Positions 23,622 to 37,090 of a stretch of 64,000 nucleotides of DNA are shown piece by piece. The notes below the pieces were generated by a model, which searched no databases, was not told where the DNA came from, and saw only the letters and a program-made list of their open reading frames with translations. Both the position numbers and the translations under genes were made by a program. Position 1 is the stretch's first letter. Each line of letters begins with the position of its first letter. The stretch covers positions 6,200,001 through 6,264,000 of the forward strand of contig OZ218950.1 of NCBI GenBank assembly GCA_965112735.1, written 5' to 3'. The DNA is from Phaeosaccion multiseriatum (Eukaryota > Protista > Ochrophyta, other classes).

Positions 23622-25727
23622 CGCCTGAGTGTAACTGTCTCTCTCGGAGCAGGGGGGGGGGGGGGGGGGGGCGTAGGGGTGTGATGTTGTCGATGTTGAT
23701 GTGGTGTTGATTTCATTGTAGTTGCTCGCCTCGGAGGGGTTGAGGGAGAGGGAGGGAGGGAGGGAGGGAGGGAGGGAGAGGGAGAGAGAAGAGAGGGAAT
23801 GTGGTGTTGTGGTCAGGGCCCAGTCGCTGCTGCCGCGTGCGAAGGACGCGCGAGGCAGCACTTGTCTTTGATGGATAAGAACTGGGCACATTTTGGGGGG
23901 ACAGACAGCAGCCACATACCCTTCCTGGCAGTGTCAAGTGTCAAATGTGTGTGTGTGTGTGTACTCTCAGCTTCATGTCAGTGAGTGCCAAGTGTTGATC
24001 GTACGGTGTACAGCTTCGGCTCGTTGGACGAGTCAAGCCCAGCCTACATATCATAATGGCACCCCCTTAATTGGGAGGAGAGGGCACAGGTGACTTAATA
24101 GGAATCGCCTGGAACAGGGATGGGGTGACACTTTATATGTATGTTCAAAAGTAAAAGCCAAATACATAACGCGACTTACGTGATACCCCAGCGATCATGC
24201 TGCCTACACCCACAGATGATCCACAGATTGCCATCTATCCATCCGTCTCTCCCACCCGACAAGATCGCGGCGCTCGAATGCAAAAGCCAAGTGTCGTATC
24301 ACAGCGGCATACACAAGAATGGGAGGGAGGGAGATAGGTGGGCACGTATGTGGGCAGTTAGGTGGAGGGTCCCAGCCCTGGCCGCAGCTCTGCCGTGGGG
24401 CGACAGGCAGGCAGGCCGGCAGGCAGGCAGGTAGCAGGCGAATGCTAAGTTAGCCCCGGCAGGCAGGTAGATAAAGGAAGGAAGGAAGGAAGGAAGGAAG
24501 GAAGGAAGGAAGGAAGGAAGGTAGGTAGGTGGGTAGGTAGGTGGGTAGGTAGGTACATAGGTAGGAGGAGGGTAGGTAGTAGGAGGGTAGGTAGGAACGT
24601 AGGTACGCAGGTAGGCAGGAAGCTAGGTACCACGGCTACGCCTGAGGCTAAGGCTGGGGTAGCCCACCTCGGCATGAGCGCCATCCACTGCCATCCGCAG
24701 CCACCCACTGTACAGACCCCCCTCTCTCGGGTCATCATGTCTGTCCAGGCAGTGGCGACGACCAAGCGTGTCCATGGAGGCCTACGGAGGCACCCACCCC
24801 CCCCGTGCTTTGGGTTGGCGACGGCCGGAGGAGGAATCCTTATCCTTCCTCTGGTCCTGCCGTGGTTGTACAGCGTCGGTATCCGTCGGTCTCCGGTTTC
24901 CGAGAGCTCATACCGGCCTACCGCTGCTCTTGGGCATCCGTCCGTCCCTCCGCTACCCCTCCTCACTCCTTGCAACCCCATTACCACTTGGTACCGCACC
25001 AGGACGAAGCTCTTGAGCTCCTCAACACATGAGACAGACACATTGAGCAGCCTACTCACTCCTTCCGAGACTTGGGTGGACTTGACCCCCAAGAAAGTCG
25101 GCTTGCCCTCAACTCCAGGGCAATGCCCACCCCCCCTCGCCTCTCGCTCTCGCCTCTCGCTCTCGCCTCTCGCTGCCGTCGACGCCTCCATAGCACCAAC
25201 CCTCCTACCTCCTAACTCGCTTGCATGCATGATAGCAGCAGCTTGGCGTGTGGGTTGCTGTATGTGTCTCTGTCTCTGCTTGAGCTACTCACCAATCCAC
25301 CCTTGTGAAGGGATGGGAGCGCTGGGTCGCAACGCAAGGCTAAGCCGCCTCTGCAAGCCCATGTCGTGCCCTCCCCCATTCCGCCCACGGCACTCCTCTG
25401 ACCTTGAAGCTCAGCTCATGCCACATCTCCGCTCTGCTTTCTCCTGAAGTTCCTCCCTTCTCTAGCAACAGCAGCAGCTGGAGTAGCCAGCTGGAGTAGC
25501 AGCAGTAGCAGCACCATCAGCAGGTGACGTCCCTTCCCCAACGGAGGAGGAGGAGGAGAAGGCGTGAGGAGGTCGGTCCTAAACGCGGAAGACGGGGCAG
25601 GCGGGGGGCAGGTGGCAGCGGCCTCGGGCGCTCGCTCGCTGCGTCTGCACCGATTCCTGCACCACCACCGCCAGCAACAGCACCGGCACCGTCTTCGTAT
25701 CATCACTTGCTTCACTCACTTCACGCC

Positions 25728-26726
25728 TCACATGGCGTCCAGCACAGCGTCGGCCTTGTCGAAGTCCCCGGCCTTGCCACACGCGCTGATGAGAGCGTTG
25801 CACATCTTGGGGCTCGCCTTGAGGTCTGCCGCCCTCATCTGCAGCAAGAGCTCCACCGACAGCTCGAGTCGCCCGGCCTTGGTACACCCCTCAATCGCGC
25901 TGCTAAAGCACTTGGCATCGGGCGTGCGCTGGTCCTCTCCTTGCATCTCGGTGAGGAGACCCACCGCCTTGTCGCACTCGCCAGCGTCGGCACACGCTTT
26001 GATCAGAGCTTCGTAAGTAATGACGTCTGGGCGTACGCGGGCCGTTCGCATCTCGACTAGCCAAGACATCGCCTTGTCGAGCTCGCCCGCCTTGGACGAC
26101 GCCCGGATCAGGGGGCTGTAGCTGCTATTGTCGGGCGGGGGCCCCGTCTGCTCCAGCTGTCTTAAGATCGAGATGGCTTGCGCCTCCTGCCCGCCCTTTG
26201 CCAGCACATCAATGGCCGTGTTGAGGCAGTGCAAATCGGGCTCCACGCCGCTCTGCCTCGCGTACGCCAGTTCCTCAAGCACCAGCTCCCACTGGCCGCT
26301 CTTGCCCAGGTGCTTGAGCTCCCGGACGAGGCCCTTTTGCTTTGTCTTGGGGTTCTCATCGATCCTCCTCACGGCTCCTGAGTACGGCTGACTCGTCACC
26401 ACGCCTCTCGACGGTCCTGGCGGCTTCCCGTCTCGTCGCCTCCGCCCACCCCCCCTCCCCTCACTGCCCCTCCCCCTGCCTCCCCCCCTGCCTCCTCCCC
26501 TCCCCCCTCCCCTGCCTCCTCCCCTGCCCCCTCCCCTGGCGCGAGCGCCTCCTCGCCCTCTGCCGGCACCACCACCACCCCGTGACGGTGTTGATGAGTA
26601 CAACGGCGACCCCTTCCAGTGCGTGTTCCCGACGTGAATCTGCACAGCCGCGGCCTGTATCCACCCGTGACGATCATGTAAAGCCGCTCTACCCCATTGA
26701 GTGGTGCAGGGGGAGATGAAAGCCAT
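25728..26726 (-). CDS. Pentatricopeptide-repeat (PPR) protein, ~5 repeats, RGG-rich N-terminal segment; 3' end uncertain
   Basis: Tandem 35-aa repeats, e.g. SSYSPLIRASSKAGELDKAMSWLVEMRTARVRPDV and ITYEALIKACADAGECDKAVGLLTEMQ. The ORF stops mid-repeat at ATG TGA, which overlaps a possible GTGAG donor. Confidence 0.8.
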   Translation of the reverse strand: MAFISPCTTQWGRAALHDRHGWIQAAAVQIHVGNTHWKGSPLYSSTPSRGGGGAGRGRGGARARGGGRGGGRGGGRGGGRGGGRGRGSEGRGGGRRRRDGKPPGPSRGVVTSQPYSGAVRRIDENPKTKQKGLVRELKHLGKSGQWELVLEELAYARQSGVEPDLHCLNTAIDVLAKGGQEAQAISILRQLEQTGPPPDNSSYSPLIRASSKAGELDKAMSWLVEMRTARVRPDVITYEALIKACADAGECDKAVGLLTEMQGEDQRTPDAKCFSSAIEGCTKAGRLELSVELLLQMRAADLKASPKMCNALISACGKAGDFDKADAVLDAM

Positions 26727-26867
26727 TGAAGGAAGGTGTGGGGAGGAGGGTCAACCAATAGTGACTTGCAACAACCCAAAGCCTCTCAACCAGAACGTTT
26801 CCTATACTTCTGGTGGCGTTTGAATCCCCTCTCCCCCTTCTTCACTTTGGACGCCACGCTCTTGATC
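26727..26867. promoter_or_regulatory. Probable bidirectional promoter (PPR / MSH6)
   Basis: Only ~140 bp separate the two divergent ATGs; inferred from geometry only. Confidence 0.4.
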
Positions 26868-27670
26868 ATGACGAAGAAGTCTCCAGCGAATAAGGCCGGG
26901 GCAGGCGGCAGCGGGAAGCAGGCCACACTCTTCAGCTTCTTTGCCAAGAAGCCCGGCGCGGCTGCGGCTCCTGCGGCGCCGGCGTCAGCGGGCAAGAACA
27001 AGGCGGCTTCATCGAAACCCACTTCTTCCACGCCCTCTCCCAAGGCCAAGGGGCGCGGCTCCGGTGCGGATGAGGACAACAAGGGCGGGGCGGGGAAGGG
27101 CAAGGCTTCGAGTGGAGCAACGGCTGGGCGTGCGGCCCAGGAAAGCAAGGTGCGTGGGCGCGACGGGAAAGAGAGGAGGGCGGGAAAAGGTGTTTGAAAT
27201 CGCCCCCCCTGAAGGGATGTTGTCGCCGACGGGCATGCACGCAGGAGCAGAGGAGACAATATTGACACTAAAGAGATGATGAGCAAGGGCATCGCTTCTC
27301 CCCGCTCTTCACCCGCTGGGCGCTGCACTCTTCACTGTGGCCCTTGCAAAATCAAAATCCAGCAGAGAGCTCGACCATCGTCCCCACCTACACACGTGTG
27401 CACACACAGCCCCTCACCTCGCGTTCAAAGACTCTTTTCTTGTGTCTTCCCCTTCCCTCGCATTTAAAGACTCTCTCTCTCTCTGTTGTCCGTCTACATC
27501 CGCACCAAGTCTCCTTCGGCCCATGAGCTAATACCCATTTCCTTTCTATCTCGCACCTCACATGGCCGGCACCAGCAAGCACTGACTTCATCATATCCCG
27601 CTTCTTGCTGCCGGCACCAGCAAACACTGACTTCATCACCACCCTCTTCTTGCTGCTCTTGTGTTTGTTC

Positions 27671-27702
<32 letters not shown>

Positions 27703-28029
27703 GCGTTGCTTTCGAATTCTTGCGCAGCGGGATACGCCATTGAAGGAGCATGATACTGCTGCCGCTTCACTGACCACACCCCCCTCCTCGGCGGGCTCGG
27801 CCTCCTCCACGGGAGCCCCCGTTAAGGCCAAGGCCAAGGGTGGCGACAAGTGTATCGCGGCAGAGGACGAGAGTAGCGAGGATGAGGGGCGGGGCAGGGG
27901 CGGCCCTTCCAAGAAGCGACGGTGAGTGAGGAGTGGTGAAGAGAGGGTGCAAAGAGAGAGAGAGAAAGAAAGAGAGAGAGAGAGAGAAGAAGAAGGAGAT
28001 AGGAGTCGATAGAGAGAGATAGAGCGAGA

Positions 28030-28070
<41 letters not shown>

Positions 28071-31000
28071 CCGTTCGGGGGGAAGAGGCGGGGGAGGGGG
28101 GCGACAGGTGAGGGGTGTGGGCGGGGCGGAGAGAGGGCTTTTCCCGTGGGCAACAGAGGGGGTTGGGGGGGGGGGGCTATTCATTGGCGTACTAGGCATC
28201 ACCTAAGAGGGGGTCTGGGGGGCTGGGGTCTGGCGTGGCGTCGTATGCTCGGAAGGAAAGAGAGGGGAGGGGAGAGAGAGGGAGCGAGAGGAGCTGTTTC
28301 CTATATGGCCCGAGGCGGGACCGATAGTCGCCATCGCCAAACTTTTGTCTTCTCTCTCTTCTCTCTCTCACTCCCTCTCTCACTGTCGCTTTCTCCTCTT
28401 CTCTCTCTGTCTCTCTCTCCCCTCTCTCTCTTCTCTTCTCTCTTCTCTGTTTCTCGCTTCCGCTCTCTCTCTTCTCTTCGTTTCTCTCTTCTCTCTCCAT
28501 TTTTCTTTCTCTCCCTTTCTTCTCTTCTCTCTCTCTCTCTCCCTTCCTCAACGAACGGCTGCTCTGCTCCTGCCCTGTCCGTGTCTCGCCTTGTTGTTTG
28601 TCATGTTCTGTGCCCTGATGCCCTGACCGCCGCCGTGTCGGATGATACGCACACACACACGCGTCCGTACACACACACACATACATACAGAGTTCTGGTG
28701 GACTCTGACGAATCAGGCGACGAGGGAGAGTGGGGGGTGGATAAGAAGGAGAGCGGGAAGGCCCAAGTCACCAAGGCTAGGCCGGCCTCCAAGAAGGCCA
28801 GGAGGGCGGTCGCAGATGATGGTGACGATGATGGAGACAGCGACTATGCTGATGCGGACATGGGGGAGGCGGCAGATCGACAAGAGGAGGAGGAGGAAGC
28901 GGAGATGGACGACTGGTTGGCGGATGACGACGACGACGAGGAAGAGGAGGGAAGGGGCAGGGGCAAGGGGAAAGGGAAGCGCAGTGGTGGTGGTAGGGGG
29001 GTCGGGGGCAAGAAACTGCGCCGGACCGGAGACTATAGCATCACAGAGACCAAGGGGAGCGCCAGGTGAGTTAGTTTGGCAGGGGAGGGAGGGAGGGAGG
29101 GAGGGAGGGAGGGAGGGAGGGAGGGAGGGAGGGAGGGGGTATGTTTGTTGGTTCCCTGTGTCTCATTCCGTTTCTGTTGTTTACTTCTTCCCACGCCCGT
29201 GTCTTCTGTTGGTCGTCCGCTGCCATCCGCCCAGCGCTGGCGCTTCCCTGTCGGCCTTTGCCAGAGTGCCCCCGGCTAAGAGCAACCCTTACGGGGCAAC
29301 CAACAAGAACAACAACGACAACAACAACAACAACAAGAACGACTCAGCTCAGAAGGCCACGCCCTCCAAGGGTGGCAGCGTCTCCTCCTCCTCCTCCTCC
29401 TCCCTCAAAGCTCCTTCCTCAGCCTCCAAGTCCCTCCCCTCCCCTGCCCGTAAGGAGCTCCGGATCGAAACGAACCATATACACCACTCACTACCATGGC
29501 TGAATGAAGACCGCAGAGACGCCAAGAAGCGCCGCCCTGACCACCCCGACTACAATGACCGCACGCTCTTCGTCCCTCCCGAGTACGTCGTGGGCGCGGG
29601 GGCGGGGCAAGGGGGAGAGGGTGGGAAAGGGTTCGTCGAGGGAGGGGTGGGGTTGGGTGGGTTGTGTGTGGAGAGAGTGGGAAGGGGGAGAGAAGAACGG
29701 AATGACGGCATGGTTGGGCTCACGGCGGTCGATCCAAAGCCCCGGACCTCTGGAGCGGCGGGTCCTCTCTTTCTCTTACATTCCCTCTCGTACTCTCCCT
29801 CTCCCCTATCTCCCTCCCTCCTCTCTTCCCCCTCCCCCCTCTCTCTTTCTTACTTTCTCTCTCTTACTCTCTCTCCTGTCCCTCCCTCCTCTCCCTCTCT
29901 CTCTCTCTCCCGCCCCCCTCCCTCTACCCCTCTTATCCCCCTGCAGGTACCTCAAGAAGCTTCCTCCCGGCCAGCAGCAGTGGTGGGTCCTCAAGGCCCA
30001 GAACATGGACACTGTGCTCTTCTTTAAGGTGAGGGAGGAGTGAGTGAGCAGTTCAAGAGGGAAAGAGGGCAGCAGGGAAGGAATGCCACACACACACACA
30101 CACACACACGCACACACACACACACACCTCCCCCCTCCTTCTGCCCCCGTCCGTGCCCCCCCCCCCCCCGTCCCAAAGGTGGGTAAGTTCTACGAGCTGT
30201 ACCACATGGACGCGGACATCGGAGTCAACGAAATCGACCTCATCTACATGAAGGAAGAGAAGGCCCACAGCGGCTTTCCGGAGATCAGTTACGGAAAGTT
30301 CTCCAACCAACTTGTCGACAAGGTGAGGGACGGGTGTGAGTGAGTGGGTGGGTGGGTGAGTGAGTGAGTAAGTGAGTAAGTGAGGAAGTGTGTGAGTGAG
30401 TGAGTGAGTGAGTGAGTGTGTGAGTGAGTGAGTGAGTGAGTGAGTGAGTGAGTGAGTGAGTGAATAAGTGAGTAAGTGAGTGAGTGAGTGAGTGAGTGAG
30501 TGAGTGAGTGAGTGGGTGAGTGAGTGAGCTCCCTTGTCCCTTCTCCCTCTCGGACACATGCCTTCTTTGGCCCTCATCACTGCCCCTCTCCCCCCCCCCC
30601 TCCCCGCCTCCTTGAAAAGGGCTATCGAGTCGCTCGAGTGGAGCAAACTGAAACGCCGGAAGGACTGAAGGAGAGGAACAGTCGACTGGCAGGCAAGAAG
30701 GATAAGGTACGAAAGAGGAGCCCCGAGGTTTGTCCTTGCCAGAGCCGGCTAGACTTTACTCACACCGTCACACCCGGTCGCCCCCTTCTCTCTCCTCCAA
30801 CCCTTCTCTCTCTCTCTCTCTCGCTCTCTCTCTCCCTCTCATTCTCTCGCTTCCCCTCTCTCGCTCTCTCTCTCCCTCTCATTCTCTCGCTTCCCCTCTC
30901 TCCATCTCCCTCTCCCTCTCTCTCTGGCCATCCACTGCCATCTGGATGAACTCAGGTGGTCCGTCGCGAGTTGTGCTCTGTGGTGAGCCGGGGCACACGC

Positions 31001-34000
31001 ACGTACTGCTTCCTCGACGACATCTCTTCGCTGCCCGACGACGGCTCCGCTTCCTCGCAGAGCATCCTCCTCTCTATCCGCGAGAAGCCCATCCTCGCAC
31101 CACAGGAGCAGCACATGGAAGTAGAGGAGGAGGAGGACAAGGACGACGGAGGGGGAGGAGGGGGAGGAGCGAGGCCGGTGATGGAGTACGGCATCACTCT
31201 GTGCGAGAGCACGACGGCCACGCTGCGCCTCGGACAATTCGCCGACGGGCAGGACCGTTCCAGATTGCGCACGCTGCTCTCCTCCCTGTGCCCGGCCGAG
31301 GTGAGTGCGTAGAGGAGGATGGCAGTGGATGGGAAGGAAGGGGAGGGGGAGGGTGGGGGGAGTGTGAGCGAGCGAGCGTGTGCACTGTACGTGGGCCGGA
31401 GCGGGGTCCACACAATAGGGAGGATGGCAATATTCCTTCCCTCTCGTTTCCCCCCTCTTCTCCACCCCCCTCCCTCTTTCGCATCTATTCACCTCCTCCT
31501 TCTCCTCCACCACCATCACCACCAGGTATTGTACCCCAGGGGCCAACTGAGTGAGACCACCCTTCATATGATCCGATGCATCGCCCCCTCGGCCATTATG
31601 GTGCCATTGGACGCCGACTCGGAATTCTGGGACGCAGACAAGACACTCGAGGAGTTGCACAAGGCAGACTACTTTACACCGACCAAGACCAAGGGCAAGA
31701 AGAAGAGGAGGGGGCGGGAGGAAGAGGAGGAGGAGGAGGAGGACGACGACGAGATGGAGGAAGGTGGAGGTGGGGATGGTGATATGAAGCACTGGCCGGA
31801 GGTGCTGAAGAGCGTGGTGAAGGGAGGTGAGGATGCCGCGTTGGCACTGAGCTCTTTCGGCGGGGCGTTGCACCAGCTCCGGCGCTCGCTCATCGACCAC
31901 GACCTTGTCTCCATGAAGAGGGTTGGGGTGTACATTCCGCCGGAGGACGAGGAGAGCGAGGGGAAGGAGGGGGGGCAGGTGGGGGAGGGGGAGGAGATGG
32001 CCGCCTCGAACCAGAAGCAGATGGAAGAAGACGGAGACGGAGATGGAGGAGGAGCACAGGGGAAAGGGCTGGGCAAAGCCGGTGCCAAAATCGTTCGAGA
32101 GGCCCGCAAAGCTCTGGCCAGAGAAGCGCAGAAGGGAGGAGGAGGAGGAGCAGGGCTCGGAGCCGAAGGACTCGAAGGAGGGGGCAATGGCGTATCACCA
32201 ACTGGTACTCCTTCTGCTTCTGCTCCTTCTCTGGGTGGCGTGACGCACATGGTGCTGGACGGTGTGTCCCTGTCCAACCTCGAGGTGCTGAGCAACAGCT
32301 TCGACGGCTCCGCGAAGGGTTCTCTATGGGCTTCCATTGACCGCTGCTGCTCCGCCTTTGGGAGACGCCTGTTGCGCGACTGGCTCACCAGGCCCCTGCT
32401 CCAGGTAAGCAAGCAAGCAAGGGAGGGAGGGACGGAGGGAGGGGGGGAGGGGGAAGGAAGGAAGGAAGGGAGGAAGGGAGGGAGGAAGGAAGGAAGGAAG
32501 GAAGGAAGGCGGGAATGAACGAAGGAAGGAACGAAGAAAGGAAGGCAGGGAGGACGGAAGGAGGGAAGGAGGGAACGAAGGGAGGAACGAAGAAAAGAGG
32601 GAAGGAATGAAGGAGGGAAGGAAGGACGGAGGGAAGGGAAGAGGGAAGGAAGGAGGGGAGGAAGGATGGATGGAAGGAAGGAAGGAAGGAAGGAAGGAAG
32701 GAAGGAAGGAAGGAGAGGTACATGCAAGGGTTGAGGCTTGAGGGTGAGGTGTATGCGCCCGTGTCCAATCTGCGCCGCCTTCAGGGGGATCAGACCGCTA
32801 GGCTGGCCAGTGGGGTGGAAGGATGGATGCGATGGCACTGAAACTCAAACCTGCACTCCTCCCTTCCTACTGCACTCTTCCTCCTCACAGGCCGCTCGCA
32901 TCAACACTCGCCTCGATGCCGTGGCGGAGCTCGCCCTGGACCTCACCCCCGAGGCAGATGCCTGCCGAAACGTTCTGCGCAAGTGCCCAGACATTGAACG
33001 TCTCCTGTCCAGAGTACACAGCATGGCCTCTGTGCACCGGAGCAAGGAGCACCCCGATAGCAGGGCTGTCATGTACGAGGGGGAGAAGCACGGGAAGAGG
33101 AAGATCGCAGACTTCGTGCAGGTGTGTGGGGGTGTGGGGGTGTGGGTGCGTGTGGGTGTGCGTGTGCCAGGGCGGGGGTGCGTGCAAGGGAGCGGGACAA
33201 GTCCTCTGACCCTCACTCTCTCTATCTCTCTCTCTATCTCTCTCTCTTTCTCTCTCTTGTCTCTCTCTTTCACTCTCTCTCTCTTATATCTCTCTCTATC
33301 TCTCTCTTTCTCTCTCTCTTGTCTCTCTCTCCTCTCATGTCCCTCCCGTCCCTTTCTTCTCCCCCCCACCCTGACGACCATCCCCTGCCATCCCCTGCCA
33401 TCCCCTCTTAGGTACTGGATGGACTGGAGCGGGCCTCCACCATCCCCGGCCTCTTCAAAGACCAGCCCCCCAACGCCTCCCTCCTGCAGCAGTGCTGCCT
33501 CATGCCGGCCCATCACCATCACAGAGGAGGGAAAATGGCAGCAGATGGCAAGACAGCATCATCATCATCATCAACAACAACAGATGAGGGGGGGGGCAAG
33601 CACAGGCTGGGGCACTTCCCAGACATGGCGAAGGAAGTAGGGTGGTTCAGGACAGCCTTTGACGCCGCACAAGCCAAGAGGTTGGGTAACATCAAGCCCA
33701 AGCAGGGGCAGGACGAGGATTACGACGAGGCGTTGCAGGCGGTGGCAGCAACCAAGGAGGAGCTCGCCAAGTACCTTGTCAAGCAGAGGGCAGAACTCAA
33801 GTGTCGAGAGGTCATCTACTACGACTCTGGTGAGTTAGCGAGCGAGTGGGGCGTATCACCAACTGCTGCGGGTCTGGGGTTAGGGTTTAGGGATGGCTGC
33901 GGGGTGATGGGTGGAAGAGATACTTCTCATCAATCACCCGGTCATCTCATCACTTACATCTTCGTCTTTGCCCCCTTCGCTTCCTCTCTCCCTCTCCCTT

Positions 34001-34413
34001 CCTCCTCTCGCTCGTTCCCTCCCTCCCTCCCTCTTCCCTCCCCTCCCCTCCCTCCCTCCCTCCCCCGCTCCCTCCCTCCCTCCCTCTTCCCTCCCCTCCC
34101 CTCCCTCCCTCCCTCCCCTCCGTCCCTAGCCAAGGACAAGTACCAGCTGCAAGTGCCCATCACCGCACTCAAGAACGGCGAGCCCAGCAACTACTCCCTC
34201 TCCAGCAAGACCAAGAAGCACAAGCGTTACTACACTCCCTTCATCACCCGCATGATCGCACAGATGGCGCAGCAGGAGGCGGAGGTAGAGAGCATGGAGG
34301 CGGATTACACACGGAAGCTCTTTGCGAGATTCGACGACAAGAGAGAGCTGTGGGCAGCGGCGGTGGACTGGTAAGTAAGGGGGAGCAGGGGGCGCGCGCG
34401 TGTGTGTGTGGCG

Positions 34414-34464
<51 letters not shown>

Positions 34465-34481
34465 TGAGTGTGTGTGTGTGA

Positions 34482-34516
<35 letters not shown>

Positions 34517-34684
34517 TGAGTGTGTGTGTGTGTGTGTGTGTGTGCGTGTGTGTATGGTTGTGTTTGTAGGTGTGTGCTCTGCTCCGAAATAAGTCGAGGA
34601 AGGCACATCATCCCCTCCTCTCCATCTTCTCCTCTTTCTCCTCTCCCCTACCTCCTCCCCCCTCCCCCCCTCGACACACGTACC

Positions 34685-34718
<34 letters not shown>

Positions 34719-36636
34719 TCACACACACACACACACACACACACACATCACACGCACACACACACACACACACACACGCACACACACACAGTATGTCGCA
34801 TCTGGACGCGCTGCTCTCTCTGGCAGAGGTGAGCTCGCGTCCCGGCTACACTCGGCCGTGCTTCCGAGAGAACTGCGAGTCATTCATCCGGCTGTCCAAC
34901 GCACGTCACCCCTGCCTAGAGCAGACCTACTTTGGTGACAGTTTCATCCCCAATGACATGGCCCTGGGCAAGGCGCCCGCTGGCCTGTCGTCGCAGCTGC
35001 CGCAGGGCATCGGCAAGGGCAGCGGAGAGGCAGGAGGGGAGGAGGGAGGAGAGGAAGGGGGTGCTCCTTGTCCTCCTCCTCGCATGCTGCTCCTTAGTGG
35101 TCCCAACATGGGAGGCAAGAGCACTCTGCTGCGGCAGACGTGTCTGGTGGCCATTCTCGCACAGGTGCGGATAGGATGGGTGGGGTAGGATATAGGGTAA
35201 GGTAGGGTGGGGTAGGGTATAGGGTAAGGTAGGATATGGGGTAAGGTAGGGTAGGGTAGGGTGGGGTAGGGTAGGGTGGGGTAGGACATAAGGTAAGGTA
35301 AGGAAGGGTAGGGTAGGATATAGGGTAAGGTAGGGTAGGGTAGAGTAGGGTGGGGTAGGGTAGGGCGGGGTAGGATAGGGTAAGGTATAGTAGGGTAGGA
35401 TATAGGGTAAGGTAGGGTAGGGTAGGGTAGGGTGGGGTAGGATATAGGGTAAGGTAGGGTAGGGTAGGGTAGGGTAGGGTGAGGTAGGATATAGGGTAGG
35501 GTAGGGTAGGGTAGGGTGGGGTAGGATACAGGGTAGGGTAGGATAGGGTAGGGTAGGGTGGGGTAGGATATAGGGTAAGGTAGGGTAGGGTAGGGTAGGG
35601 TAGGGTGGGGTAGGATATAGGGTAAGGTAAGGTAGGGTAGGGTAGGGTAGGGTAGGGTGGGGTAGGACAGCAGAGGAAAGAGAGGTCAACGCAGGGCAAA
35701 CCCCAGGTGTGTGCGTGCGTGCATGCGTGCGTGCGTGCGTGTCTAGTCTGTCCCTTTTCTTCTCACGCACCCGCCGACTTCCATCCGTATATCCGCCACC
35801 ACCATCACCACCACCACCACACAAACGCGAAACCCAAACCCGACCCCCCGATAACAGTTGGGCTGCTTCGTCCCTGCGGACTCCGCCGTAATGACGCCCT
35901 TCGATCGCATCTTCACTCGCGTGGGGGCGTCGGATCGAATCCTGGCGGGGCAGTCTACCTTCTTTGTGGAGCTTGCTGAAACCGCCAACATTATCCATCA
36001 CGCTACAAGGAGGAGCCTCGTCATTCTCGACGAGCTCGGCAGAGGTGAGTGGTTTCAGCAACAGTACACACGCCAAGCGATTCTTGTCAAGCAGTCGTTG
36101 TCAAGCAGTGGTCAGTTGTGTCCATTGGAAGTGCAAGTTGAAGGTTTGCGTTGTCTGTCAGTCTCGAGCTTCAGAGCGAGGTGAAGAATGAACCCCCTAC
36201 CCGCCCCGCACCCACAATCCACTGCCATCCATTGCCATCCGTTGCCATCCACTGCCATCCCCTCTTTGTCTACAGGCACGAGTACCTTCGACGGCACAGC
36301 CATCGCCCACGCCGTGGTCAAGTACCTGGTGTCCGACGCTCGCTGCTTGGGCCTCTTCGCTACCCACTACCACTCGCTCATTGAGGAGTGGAGCCATCAT
36401 CCGGAGGTGGCATTGGGTCACATGGACTGCCTGGTAGAGGGAGAGGGGTCGGAGCAGCTCATCACATTCTTGTACAAGCTCGCGAGCGGGTCGTGCCCAA
36501 AGAGCTTTGGTATCAATGTGGCCAGGCTGGCGAAGCTTCCCGAGCAGGTGAGGGGGAGGAGGGGGGGGGGGGGGCGCGCGGGGGCGGGGGGGGGGGGAGC
36601 TTACAGAATCACATATACGCACACACAAACACGCAT

Positions 36637-36694
<58 letters not shown>

Positions 36695-37090
36695 ACTCAC
36701 CTGTGTGTGTGCCCACCCGACTCCCCACCCAATCAACCACCCTCCCCTCCCCTCCCCTCCCCACCCCCCCGTTAGGTGATTACGAAGGCGGCGACAACAA
36801 GCCACAAGTTTCAGGAGGACCTCATGGAGCAGCGCAAGCGGCACACACAGATGGCGAACAAGGCGCAGCAGTTGGTGGTACAGCAGGAGAAGGAGGAGGA
36901 GGGGGCGCATGGACCTCCTTCCGACGAGGCTGCACCTTCATCATTCACAACTGGTGATGATGAGGCGACAGACAACAAGACGCTGCTTGCTCTCGAGATG
37001 TTGCGGACGTTGGAGGAGGCGGAAGAGGACGGGGAGGAGGAGAAGAGCGGAGAGAAGCTCATTGAGCTATTGGGCAGGATGCCGGCGTAG
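26868..37090 (+). CDS. MSH6: DNA mismatch repair protein MSH6, ~16 exons
   Basis: N-terminal PIP box [30 protein letters not shown]; [15 protein letters not shown] (Phe-X-Glu); [13 protein letters not shown]; VRRELC; Walker [15 protein letters not shown]; [12 protein letters not shown]; STFFVEL; [16 protein letters not shown]; LFATHYH; [13 protein letters not shown]. Stop TAG at 37088-37090. Confidence 0.97.
35170..35670. repeat. Degenerate (TAGGG)n G-rich intronic repeat
   Basis: GGGTA/GGATATA units in an MSH6 intron. A similar array lies at 57725-57965. Confidence 0.9.

Noticed and set aside
24445-25447. Overlapping 257-261 aa ORFs on both strands
   Set aside because: No recognisable motifs, partly simple repeats, and no convincing exon chain.
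35170-35670. (TAGGG)n as an interstitial telomere
   Set aside because: The unit is a 5-mer with GGATATA interruptions, not TTAGGG/TTTAGGG, and it lies inside an intron like other G-rich repeats.
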